Assembly: GCA_003354025.1 (NCBI GenBank)
Contig: PIVU01000001.1
Coordinates: forward strand, 2,435-66,434
Length of the DNA: 64,000 nucleotides
From: Nitrospirota bacterium
Lineage (GTDB): Bacteria > Nitrospirota > Thermodesulfovibrionia > UBA6902
Direction of reading: 5' to 3'
In this document: positions 57,004 to 64,000 of the stretch, piece by piece
How positions within the stretch are numbered: the first letter of the stretch is position 1
Layout: every line of letters starts with the position of its first letter
Position numbers and translations under genes: made by a program
The notes under the pieces: generated by a model
Database searches by the model: none
Told to the model about the DNA's origin: nothing
The model's input: the letters and a program-made list of their open reading frames with translations, nothing else

Positions 57004-57824
57004 TGAACACTGCGGGTGGAAAGACGGTCAGGACTATAGCTATAGCAAGCGGGAAGGGGGGTGTTGGTAAGACAAACATTACTGCAAGTTTGGCGATTGC
57101 ATTACAAAAGCTCAATAAGAAGGTAATGATATTTGACGCTGATCTTGGAATGAGTAACATTGATGTCATACTTAATCTTGCAACTAAATATAACATTGAG
57201 CATCTGTTTAAAGGGGAAAAGAAATTGAAGGACCTGATTGTTGAAGGGCCTCATGGAGTAAAAGTGCTTCCGGCAAGTTCGGGAATCCAGGAACTGACTG
57301 CACTGGATGAGTTTCAGAGGCTTAGGCTTATTGAGGAATTTGAGACTTATGATGAAAATCTTGATTATCTTTTGATTGATACATCATCGGGGATAACTTC
57401 AAATGTAGCTTTTTTCTGTATGGCTGCGCAGGAGATACTGGTTGTGACATCAGCAGAGCCCACTGCACTGACCGATGCCTATGCACTAATGAAAGTGCTC
57501 TTCACAAAGTATCAGGAAAAGAATTTTAAGGTTCTTGTTAACAATGTAAAGGACAATAAAGAGGCGGTGGAAGTTTATAACAGACTGTCAACTGTTACTG
57601 AGAGGTTCCTGAATATTTCAATTGATTATATAGGATATGTACCGCACGATGATTCAGTGACGAAGTCGGTCAGGCAGCAAAGAGCTTTTATGGACAGATA
57701 CCCTAACAGCGAAGCATCCAGAAAACTATCGGAGATTACGGAGAGAATCAATGACGATGATAGTCACGAGGTCAAAGGATCGCTTCAATTTTTTCTTGGA
57801 GGACTACTAAATTCAAAATGCTAA
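57003..57824 (+). CDS. flhG: MinD/ParA-family flagellar number regulator FlhG (FleN).
   Basis: Deviant Walker A, SGKGGVGKT. Confidence 0.85.
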   Translation: MNTAGGKTVRTIAIASGKGGVGKTNITASLAIALQKLNKKVMIFDADLGMSNIDVILNLATKYNIEHLFKGEKKLKDLIVEGPHGVKVLPASSGIQELTALDEFQRLRLIEEFETYDENLDYLLIDTSSGITSNVAFFCMAAQEILVVTSAEPTALTDAYALMKVLFTKYQEKNFKVLVNNVKDNKEAVEVYNRLSTVTERFLNISIDYIGYVPHDDSVTKSVRQQRAFMDRYPNSEASRKLSEITERINDDDSHEVKGSLQFFLGGLLNSKC

Positions 57825-58549
57825 AATTCAAAAATACAATCACGGAAGAACAAAAAGAAGAGATCATTAAAGAGTTTCTGCCCTATATCAAGTACACTGC
57901 GTACAGGCTTTCATGGAAGCTCCCACAGCACATAACCATTGACGATCTGATTAGTGTAGGGTTGATGGGGCTCATGGATGCGTTGAGCAGGTTTGAACCG
58001 GGGAAAGTAAAACTAAAGACATATGCAGAATTAAGAATCAAGGGATCTATGATTGATGAACTGCGGGCAACGGCATGGATACCAAGGTCAATGAGGAAAA
58101 AGATTGAATCCATCAACAAAGCCCGGGCCGTTCTTGAGAGAAAAAACGGCAGTGCTCCTGATGATGTTGAAGTGGCCAAGTCAATGGACATGCCACTGAA
58201 TGAGTATTTTAAGATTCTTCAGTACGCTACGTCATCAAGTCCTATCAGGCTTGAGGATTTCCGAAACAGCAAGTATTCAGACAGTGACTTGAATATCACT
58301 GAGTGTATTGCAGACCCCAAGGCAAAGAGCCCGCTGAATGTTCTCGAAGAAAAGGACACGAAGGAAAAACTGAGTGAACTAATTGAGACCCTGCCTGAAA
58401 AGGAAAGACTTGTGCTGGCCCTTTATTACTACGAAGAAATGACTATGCAGGAAATAGGTAAGGTCCTGCGTATAACAGAGTCGCGTGTCTGTCAGATACA
58501 CAGCCAGGCGCTGGGGAAATTAAAAACAAGGATTAAGAAGACAGTATAG
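57818..58549 (+). CDS. fliA: Flagellar sigma factor sigma-28, FliA.
   Basis: Sigma-70 regions 2, 3 and 4 (YAELRIKGSMIDELR, LYYYEEMTMQEIGKVLRITESRVCQIHSQAL). Confidence 0.9.
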   Translation: MLKFKNTITEEQKEEIIKEFLPYIKYTAYRLSWKLPQHITIDDLISVGLMGLMDALSRFEPGKVKLKTYAELRIKGSMIDELRATAWIPRSMRKKIESINKARAVLERKNGSAPDDVEVAKSMDMPLNEYFKILQYATSSSPIRLEDFRNSKYSDSDLNITECIADPKAKSPLNVLEEKDTKEKLSELIETLPEKERLVLALYYYEEMTMQEIGKVLRITESRVCQIHSQALGKLKTRIKKTV

Positions 58550-58557
58550 TTTCCCTG

Positions 58558-58584
58558 TTAAGGGAGGTGTTGCTATGCCGATAG
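58558..58584 (+). promoter_or_regulatory. Candidate sigma-28 promoter downstream of fliA, which would serve flgF.
   Basis: TTAAG-N15-GCCGATAG. The spacing and the -10 element are identical to the flgM promoter. Confidence 0.4.
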
Positions 58585-58742
58585 ACGGAATTAATAATTT
58601 GTTCAGGGTACCAACAATAAAAAAAGAACGGATGCCCGATGATGAGAAGAAAAAAAAGAGTAAAAAGAAATCGGATAACACAAAAAATGATGATAATAAA
58701 AAACAGGACAGGAAGGATGGACATATTGATATCAGAATATAG
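58575..58742 (+). CDS. Hypothetical 55-aa Lys/Asp-rich small protein. Very tentative.
   Basis: AGGGAGG sits 6 nt upstream of the ATG. The ORF is below the 60-aa track cut-off and overlaps the candidate sigma-28 promoter. Confidence 0.2.
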   Translation: MPIDGINNLFRVPTIKKERMPDDEKKKKSKKKSDNTKNDDNKKQDRKDGHIDIRI

Positions 58743-58882
58743 GGAACATCTTTTCCGGGTAGGAAAAAAATTCCTGCCGCTGGGCACCAGTCATATAGAG
58801 AGAAATGAGAAAAGGGAAATTAAATGCCATGTTCGCAGGCACTTTGGAAGTTTACTTTCTTTCTCTCATTATTCTATTTCTC

Positions 58883-58898
58883 TGGCATTAAGATTGCA
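58883..58898 (+). promoter_or_regulatory. Sigma-54 promoter upstream of flgF.
   Basis: TGGCATtaagaTTGCA. Confidence 0.6.
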
Positions 58899-58910
58899 TA
58901 TATAAAGAAT

Positions 58911-59612
58911 ATGAATAAAGGAATTTACATAGCGCTCTCAGGGGCAATACAAAAAGCCAGGCACATGGACATCTATGCCCAGAACATCGCAAATGTAAGC
59001 ACATCAGGTTACAAGCGCGGCAGGCTTTCATTTAAGGATCATATGGTCTCTTCAGATAACTCTAACAGTGCTGAGGTTAGGGGAAGGGTAATGACCGAAA
59101 AATCCAAAGAAATCACAGACTTCTCCCATGGCGTGCAGCAAAGGACCGGGAATCCCCTGGATGTTGCAATTAATGATAAAGGCTTTTTTGTACTCGAAGG
59201 AAACAAGTATACGAGAAATGGTAATTTTCATATTGACAGCGAAGGAACTCTAATGGATGCTAACGGAATGAAGGTCATGGGCGGTGGCGGAACTTTGACT
59301 GTCCAGGGCAGTAAAATTGACATAAGTCCTTCAGGAGAAATACTTGTTGATAATATATCGGTAGGATCATTGGATATAGTAGATTTTCCTGATAAAAATG
59401 TTCTCAAGAAAACTGACGGAGGTTTTTTTACCTCAGATGTGGAAGGTGAAGAGGTGAGTGCTGTTGTTAGCCAGGGTTTTCTGGAGAGGTCTAATGTAAA
59501 TGTAGTGAGAGAGCTTGTGGAGATGATACGCTCTGAAAGAGAGTTTGAGTCTTACCAGAAAATGATCCGCATTTTTGATGATGCGGCGGGTTCGTCGATC
59601 AGGGATCTGTAA
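58911..59612 (+). CDS. flgF: Flagellar basal-body rod protein of the FlgF/FlgG family, proximal rod.
   Basis: GIYIALSGAIQKARHMDIYAQNIANVSTSGYK N-terminus and a C-terminal rod motif. The start is taken at MNKG. Confidence 0.75.
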   Translation: MNKGIYIALSGAIQKARHMDIYAQNIANVSTSGYKRGRLSFKDHMVSSDNSNSAEVRGRVMTEKSKEITDFSHGVQQRTGNPLDVAINDKGFFVLEGNKYTRNGNFHIDSEGTLMDANGMKVMGGGGTLTVQGSKIDISPSGEILVDNISVGSLDIVDFPDKNVLKKTDGGFFTSDVEGEEVSAVVSQGFLERSNVNVVRELVEMIRSEREFESYQKMIRIFDDAAGSSIRDL

Positions 59613-59683
59613 GGATAAGTGTAATTGGTTTGATGATGAAAATAAAATTAAAAATAAATATATTGAAAAGGCAGGAGGACTAA

Positions 59684-60472
59684 ATGCAAAGGTCACTATT
59701 TATCGGCGCAACAGGAATGGATGCTCAGAGAATCAATATAGATGTAATATCTAACAACCTTGCTAACGTAAATACAAACGGGTTTAAAAAGAGCAGGGCC
59801 GATTTTCAGGAGCTCTTTTACCAGGGAGTGAAGACCCCTGGATCATTATCGGCTGATGGATCAGAAGTGCCTACCGGTATTCAGATAGGGCTCGGAGTAA
59901 AACCTGCGGCAGTCCAAAAGATATTTCTGCAGGGAGATTTTGCATCTACAGGCAATCCCCTTGATATGGTAATCGAAGGCAACGGCTTTTTCCAGGTGAC
60001 GACTCCGGAGGGAGATACTGCATATACACGGTCAGGCTCTTTCAAACTTGACAGCAGCGGTAATATTGTAAATTCCGACGGATATCAGATGGAGCCGTCA
60101 ATTACTATTCCTTCAGATACACTCGAAATCACAATTACTTCTGACGGTACAGTGTCGGTAATGCAGCCCGGGACTAATACTGCTACACAAGTGGGCCAGA
60201 TCGAAATTGCGCAGTTTGTTAATCCTGCCGGTTTAATGCCTCTCGGGAAAAACCTGTTCCAGGAGAGCGGATCTTCCGGCAGCCCTACAACGGGCAACCC
60301 TGATTCTGAAGGCAGAGGTTCAATCACCCAGGGCTTTCTGGAGTTGAGCAATGTAAATATTGTTGAAGAAATGGTGAATATGATTGTAAGCCAGAGGGCA
60401 TATGAGCTTAACTCAAAAGTTGTACAGTCATCTGATGAAATGATGCAAATGGCAAATAACTTAAAGAGATAA
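59684..60472 (+). CDS. flgG: Flagellar distal rod protein FlgG.
   Basis: 262 aa, LFIGATGMDAQRINIDVISNNLANVNTNGFK ... VNMIVSQRAYELNSK. Confidence 0.9.
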   Translation: MQRSLFIGATGMDAQRINIDVISNNLANVNTNGFKKSRADFQELFYQGVKTPGSLSADGSEVPTGIQIGLGVKPAAVQKIFLQGDFASTGNPLDMVIEGNGFFQVTTPEGDTAYTRSGSFKLDSSGNIVNSDGYQMEPSITIPSDTLEITITSDGTVSVMQPGTNTATQVGQIEIAQFVNPAGLMPLGKNLFQESGSSGSPTTGNPDSEGRGSITQGFLELSNVNIVEEMVNMIVSQRAYELNSKVVQSSDEMMQMANNLKR

Positions 60473-60487
60473 AACGGTAATTAAATA

Positions 60488-61285
60488 ATGAGAAAAACAG
60501 TTAACCAGAATACAGTGTATAGAAAGCCCCGAAAGAATTTGAAACGCGGAAAACTGCAAAACACTAAAAACGTAGAAATGGTGCGGGCAGGGCAGGGGTT
60601 ACTAAGAAAAATCAGTTCGTTAGTCTATGCTCTGATATCAGGTCTTTTTGTGCTCTGCTTAATGCTCTCTTCAGCAAACGCTGAGTCGTTAAAATGGGAC
60701 CCTGAAGATATTCTGGAAATATTCATGGCTGAAAACTATCCATGGGACGAAATAGACGTGAGCAATGTTCGTGTAAACGGGAAATTGGGTAATACTGCTC
60801 CCGAGCACATCACTGTTGAAAAGGGCCCTGTTGGTAAGGGCGTATTTTCATTTCTGTTCGAGGACGGAAGAAGAGTCATAGTCATGGCCAGGGTGAAAGC
60901 ATATGGCCAGGTAGTAAGAAGCACGAGACCTTACAGGAAAGGACATAGAGTCAAAGCAGAAGATCTCTATGTATCAAGAATGGACATTAGAAAAATGCCG
61001 GGCGGCGCGGTTAAAGATCCCGTATCAATAATCGGTAAATCACTGAAAAGATCAGTGTCTGCCAACAGGCCGATTGTCGAGAATATGATTGAGACGTCAC
61101 AGACTGTAAAGCGCGGTAAAAGAGTATTCCTTATAATAAGCCAGGGCGGGTTAAGCATTACAGCGTACGGCAAGATCAAGGAGAAGGGATATATAGGAAT
61201 GCCGGTAAAGGCGATGAACCTCTCTTCAAAGAAAGAGGTTGTGGGGGTGTTGATAGATGAAAATACTGTTGAGGTGGAATTGTAA
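60488..61285 (+). CDS. flgA: Flagellar P-ring assembly chaperone FlgA. The start is uncertain: the signal peptide suggests 60578.
   Basis: Signal peptide (LVYALISGLFVLCLMLSSANA) and a C-terminal SAF-like domain. Confidence 0.7.
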   Translation: MRKTVNQNTVYRKPRKNLKRGKLQNTKNVEMVRAGQGLLRKISSLVYALISGLFVLCLMLSSANAESLKWDPEDILEIFMAENYPWDEIDVSNVRVNGKLGNTAPEHITVEKGPVGKGVFSFLFEDGRRVIVMARVKAYGQVVRSTRPYRKGHRVKAEDLYVSRMDIRKMPGGAVKDPVSIIGKSLKRSVSANRPIVENMIETSQTVKRGKRVFLIISQGGLSITAYGKIKEKGYIGMPVKAMNLSSKKEVVGVLIDENTVEVEL

Positions 61286-61286
61286 G

Positions 61287-62018
61287 ATGAAAAGTCAGGA
61301 CAAAAATTCACGTATTTTATGTCAAATTATGGTAATTACCAGTCTCTTTCTCTTGATTGGATGCGCAACGCCATCTGCACATCTTCCTGCGCCTCCTCCG
61401 AAATATGTTTATGATCTGGAAAAGACTGAAGTCGAGGTAACGGCTAATTCTTTGTGGAGTGATTCAGTAAATATTTTTGAAGACCTTAAAGCCAGAGGGC
61501 TTAATGACCTCGTGACGATTGATATATCTGAAAGTCTGTCCGGTTCAGGGACTGCAGACACAGAGACGACCCGTGACTCATCACTTGATTATGAGTTAAC
61601 TAAATTACTGGGCATGGATTTAGACTTTAACCTGCAGAATAAAAGTTTACTGAAAAATCTATACAAGACTGGAACGTTTTCACCATCTGTAGCCGGTACC
61701 GGGTCATCCTCGTTTAAGGGCGAAGGTGATACGAACAGGGAAGGTGAACTGAATGCAACAATAACCGCAAGGGTCGTAGAAGTGCTTCCCAACCGAAATC
61801 TTATTCTTGAGGCAAGAAAAGAAATGACCATTAATGAAGAGACGCAGATACTTGTTCTGTCCGGTATGGTCAGGCCCGATGATATTGATTCGAGCAATAC
61901 TGTATCGAGCAGTAAAATAGCGGACGCAAGGATCTATTATGTAGGAGACGGAGTCATTGGTGACAAACAGAAGCCAGGATGGCTGGTAAGGGCAGTTGAT
62001 CACCTATGGCCGTATTAA
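61287..62018 (+). CDS. flgH: Flagellar L-ring lipoprotein FlgH.
   Basis: Lipobox LIGCA and the FlgH core. Confidence 0.85.
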   Translation: MKSQDKNSRILCQIMVITSLFLLIGCATPSAHLPAPPPKYVYDLEKTEVEVTANSLWSDSVNIFEDLKARGLNDLVTIDISESLSGSGTADTETTRDSSLDYELTKLLGMDLDFNLQNKSLLKNLYKTGTFSPSVAGTGSSSFKGEGDTNREGELNATITARVVEVLPNRNLILEARKEMTINEETQILVLSGMVRPDDIDSSNTVSSSKIADARIYYVGDGVIGDKQKPGWLVRAVDHLWPY

Positions 62019-62022
62019 AGGC

Positions 62023-62057
62023 AATTATGAATTACGAATTACTAATTACGAATGCAA
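62023..62057. repeat. Tandem AATTRYG heptads in the flgH-flgI spacer. The same motif also occurs at 37748-37775.
   Basis: AATTATG AATTACG AATTACT AATTACG here, and AATTGCG AATTATG AATTACG at the other locus. Confidence 0.5.
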
Positions 62058-62074
62058 GGAAGAAAGATAATAGA

Positions 62075-63172
62075 ATGAAAAGAATAATTGATTGCATATT
62101 GATAATACTCTTAGTTTGCTTCACCTCTACTGCAGTCAATGCTGAGCGCATCAAGGATATTACCAGTTTTGAAGGAGTGAGAGACAATCAGTTGATCGGG
62201 TACGGACTGGTAGTCGGACTTGACGGGACGGGTGATAAAGGTCTAGCCGCGGTCAAGGGTATAGTAAATTTGCTGGAAAGAATGGGGCAGACAGTCAATG
62301 CCAGTGAAATTACGTCAAAGAATATAGCTTCGGTTGTAATTACTGCAACTTTGCCTCCCTTTGCTAAACCGGGTATTAAATTGGATGCACTAGTTTCAAC
62401 TATCGGAGACGCCAAGAGTCTGCAGGGCGGTACTCTTCTTCTTGCCCCCATCAAGGGGCCTGACGGCAAAGTGTACGGATTAGCCCAGGGCCCGGTTTCT
62501 ATCGGCGGGTTTTCGGCCGGGGGAGAGGCTGCGGCAATTCAGAGAAACCATCTCGCAGCAGGTAAGGTCCCGTCAGGAGTGACCATAGAAAGAGAGGCTA
62601 AATTTACACTCGGCAACGGAAATGACATAAGATTGTTTCTCCATAAGTCAGATTTTGCTACAGCCAATGAGATAGCACATACAATTAATACCGAATTTCA
62701 TGGGAAGTATGCTTTCCCTGTTGATTCATCTTCAGTTCAAGTGGTTATACCGCCGCAATACAAAGGTAATATTGTCGGCCTTATCTCAAGTATAGATATT
62801 ATGAATGTAAAAGTGGACAGGCCGGCAAAGGTTGTAATTAATGAGAGGACGGGAACAATTGTAATAGGTTACAACGTGACGATTTCACCGGTTGCCATAG
62901 CGCACGGTTCTCTTGCCATTGAAATTAGAGAGCTGCCCGAAGTATCGCAGCCGCTGCCATTTGCTCCTGACGGGGCTGCAACAGTAGTGGTCCCGAGGAC
63001 CGGGATATCGATCAGGGAACAAGAGGCGCGTCTGATAGAAGTATCCGGTATTTCACTTGGAGAAGTTGTTAGAGGGTTGAATGCTCTTGGTGTTACACCC
63101 CGCGACCTGATCTCAATACTTCAAGCACTGAAGTCATCAGGCGCATTACATGCGGAGCTAGAAATAATATGA
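62075..63172 (+). CDS. flgI: Flagellar P-ring protein FlgI.
   Basis: Signal peptide and the conserved GYGLVVGLDGTGD motif. The start is taken at MKRIID. Confidence 0.9.
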   Translation: MKRIIDCILIILLVCFTSTAVNAERIKDITSFEGVRDNQLIGYGLVVGLDGTGDKGLAAVKGIVNLLERMGQTVNASEITSKNIASVVITATLPPFAKPGIKLDALVSTIGDAKSLQGGTLLLAPIKGPDGKVYGLAQGPVSIGGFSAGGEAAAIQRNHLAAGKVPSGVTIEREAKFTLGNGNDIRLFLHKSDFATANEIAHTINTEFHGKYAFPVDSSSVQVVIPPQYKGNIVGLISSIDIMNVKVDRPAKVVINERTGTIVIGYNVTISPVAIAHGSLAIEIRELPEVSQPLPFAPDGAATVVVPRTGISIREQEARLIEVSGISLGEVVRGLNALGVTPRDLISILQALKSSGALHAELEII

Positions 63173-63561
63173 TGAATCTTTTGACAGGAATAAACGGTCA
63201 ACTGCCTGTTAAGGCAAAACAGTCGGCAGACAAGGCCCAGTTAACTGTTAAAAAGCAGCAATCAGCGGAAGAGAGCATGAACAGCGATGATATAAGACAG
63301 GCAGCTAAAGAGATGGAGTCCCTGTTTGCTTTTCAGATGCTGAAAGTGATGAGAGAAACCTCGGACAGTATGTCGGGCGAAAAGAAGGGAAACGGTTATA
63401 ATACTTACATGAGCATGTTTGACACGGAAATTTCTAAAGTGCTGGCTGAAAGAGGCATGGGACTTCAGGATTCTATTGTAAGGTGGCTTGAAAGACCAGG
63501 TGTAAATGATGTTGACAGCAAGGAAAATACAGAAATTAGCATAACTAATAGTAATGATTAA
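63169..63561 (+). CDS. flgJ: FlgJ-like rod-binding protein: rod-binding domain only, with no muramidase domain.
   Basis: AAKEMESLFAFQMLKVMRET...MFDTEISKVLAE, the Rod_binding motif. 130 aa. Confidence 0.65.
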   Translation: MMNLLTGINGQLPVKAKQSADKAQLTVKKQQSAEESMNSDDIRQAAKEMESLFAFQMLKVMRETSDSMSGEKKGNGYNTYMSMFDTEISKVLAERGMGLQDSIVRWLERPGVNDVDSKENTEISITNSND

Positions 63562-63585
63562 AGTAATTGAAATAAATGCCGATAG
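63559..63585 (+). promoter_or_regulatory. Sigma-28 promoter of flgM.
   Basis: TAAAG-N15-GCCGATAG, about 50 nt upstream of the flgM ATG. Confidence 0.55.
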
Positions 63586-63634
63586 TAAATAATGAGAGTG
63601 TAAAGTATATTTACACCTCATAGAAAAGGAGGTA

Positions 63635-63934
63635 GTGATGATAATTAATGGTAATGGACCAATTGATGACAGGAAGAATCTGGGAAATGTTCAGGATCTG
63701 AATAAGAAGCGGGAAATTGACAAGGGAGCAGACACTCAGAAATCAGGAAGCAGAGCTGATAAAGTAAGTCTTTCAGGACAAGCTAAAGAAATCAGTGAGC
63801 TTAAGGGATTAATCGGAGAAATTCCTGACATAAGAAGAGACAAAGTTGAAGACGTTCAAAGAGCAATAGACACCGGTACTTATAACTTTGATACGCTGAA
63901 AATAGCTCAGAAAATATTAGAGGAAGAACTATAG
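63635..63934 (+). CDS. flgM: Anti-sigma-28 factor FlgM.
   Basis: 99 aa. The C-terminus, DKVEDVQRAIDTGTYNFDTLKIAQKILEEEL, matches the FlgM sigma-binding region. RBS AAGGAGG. Confidence 0.8.
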   Translation: MMIINGNGPIDDRKNLGNVQDLNKKREIDKGADTQKSGSRADKVSLSGQAKEISELKGLIGEIPDIRRDKVEDVQRAIDTGTYNFDTLKIAQKILEEEL

Positions 63935-64000
63935 TATTCAGCCACTAATTAACGCAAATTCAGGGTCATCTTGACTCTCATTTAAAAGCATAAGGGATAT

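Noticed and set aside
58639-58905. 88-aa plus-strand ORF (MMRRKKRVKRNR...) between fliA and flgF.
   Set aside because: It is read from an A-rich intergenic stretch, has no RBS, and overlaps the sigma-54 and sigma-28 promoter candidates. Its basic low-complexity translation is typical of spurious ORFs.
1-64000. Searched by eye for transposases, integrases, phage genes, rRNA and tRNA.
   Set aside because: No recognisable IS, transposase or integrase ORFs, no long terminal inverted repeats and no rRNA or tRNA-like GC-rich cloverleaf segments were seen. The window looks like core chromosome, not a mobile island.

Overview
This window looks like a low-GC (roughly 40%) bacterial chromosomal segment. 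Its right half is one very large flagellar and chemotaxis locus. The left half holds housekeeping genes interleaved with a dense set of c-di-GMP signalling genes.

Part 1. Housekeeping genes: ilvE (5' partial), mutS, an ExeA/ExeB-like pair, a bactofilin, aat-clpA-clpS (the N-end-rule trio), ribF, an Isf-like flavoprotein and rlmN. The c-di-GMP genes are a PilZ protein, an HD-GYP protein, a REC-GGDEF-HD-GYP protein, a CheY / CheC-family / PAS-GGDEF triplet, and two tandem GGDEF genes, one of them internally deleted. Flagellar regulators: two sigma-54 activators, a sensor kinase and an AMIN/TPR protein. Flagellar structural genes: flgBC-fliEFGHIJ-flbB, fliK-flgDE, fliLMNOPQR-flhBAFG-fliA and flgFGAHIJ-flgM. 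A minus-strand che operon runs HEAT-cheR-cheY-cheY-cheA-(CheW-CheZ fusion)-cheW-cheB and is followed by a small two-CW cysteine-rich gene. No rRNA, tRNA, CRISPR array or mobile element was recognised.

Part 2. The main observations are these:
- A sigma-28-like motif (TAAAG-N15-NCCGATAR) recurs in front of flgM, the che operon, flgF, the two-CW gene and the full-length GGDEF gene.
- Three good sigma-54 promoters each place the predicted transcription start on the start codon, which implies leaderless mRNAs.
- A 135-bp dyad-symmetric array of SAACRTC heptads sits about 150-250 bp upstream of the fliK sigma-54 promoter and looks like an enhancer.
- A CheW-CheZ fusion protein sits inside the che operon.
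- Other short heptad-repeat families and paired GC-rich stem-loops occur in intergenic spacers.

Every call rests on reading the ORF translations and the DNA by eye. No database search was run.
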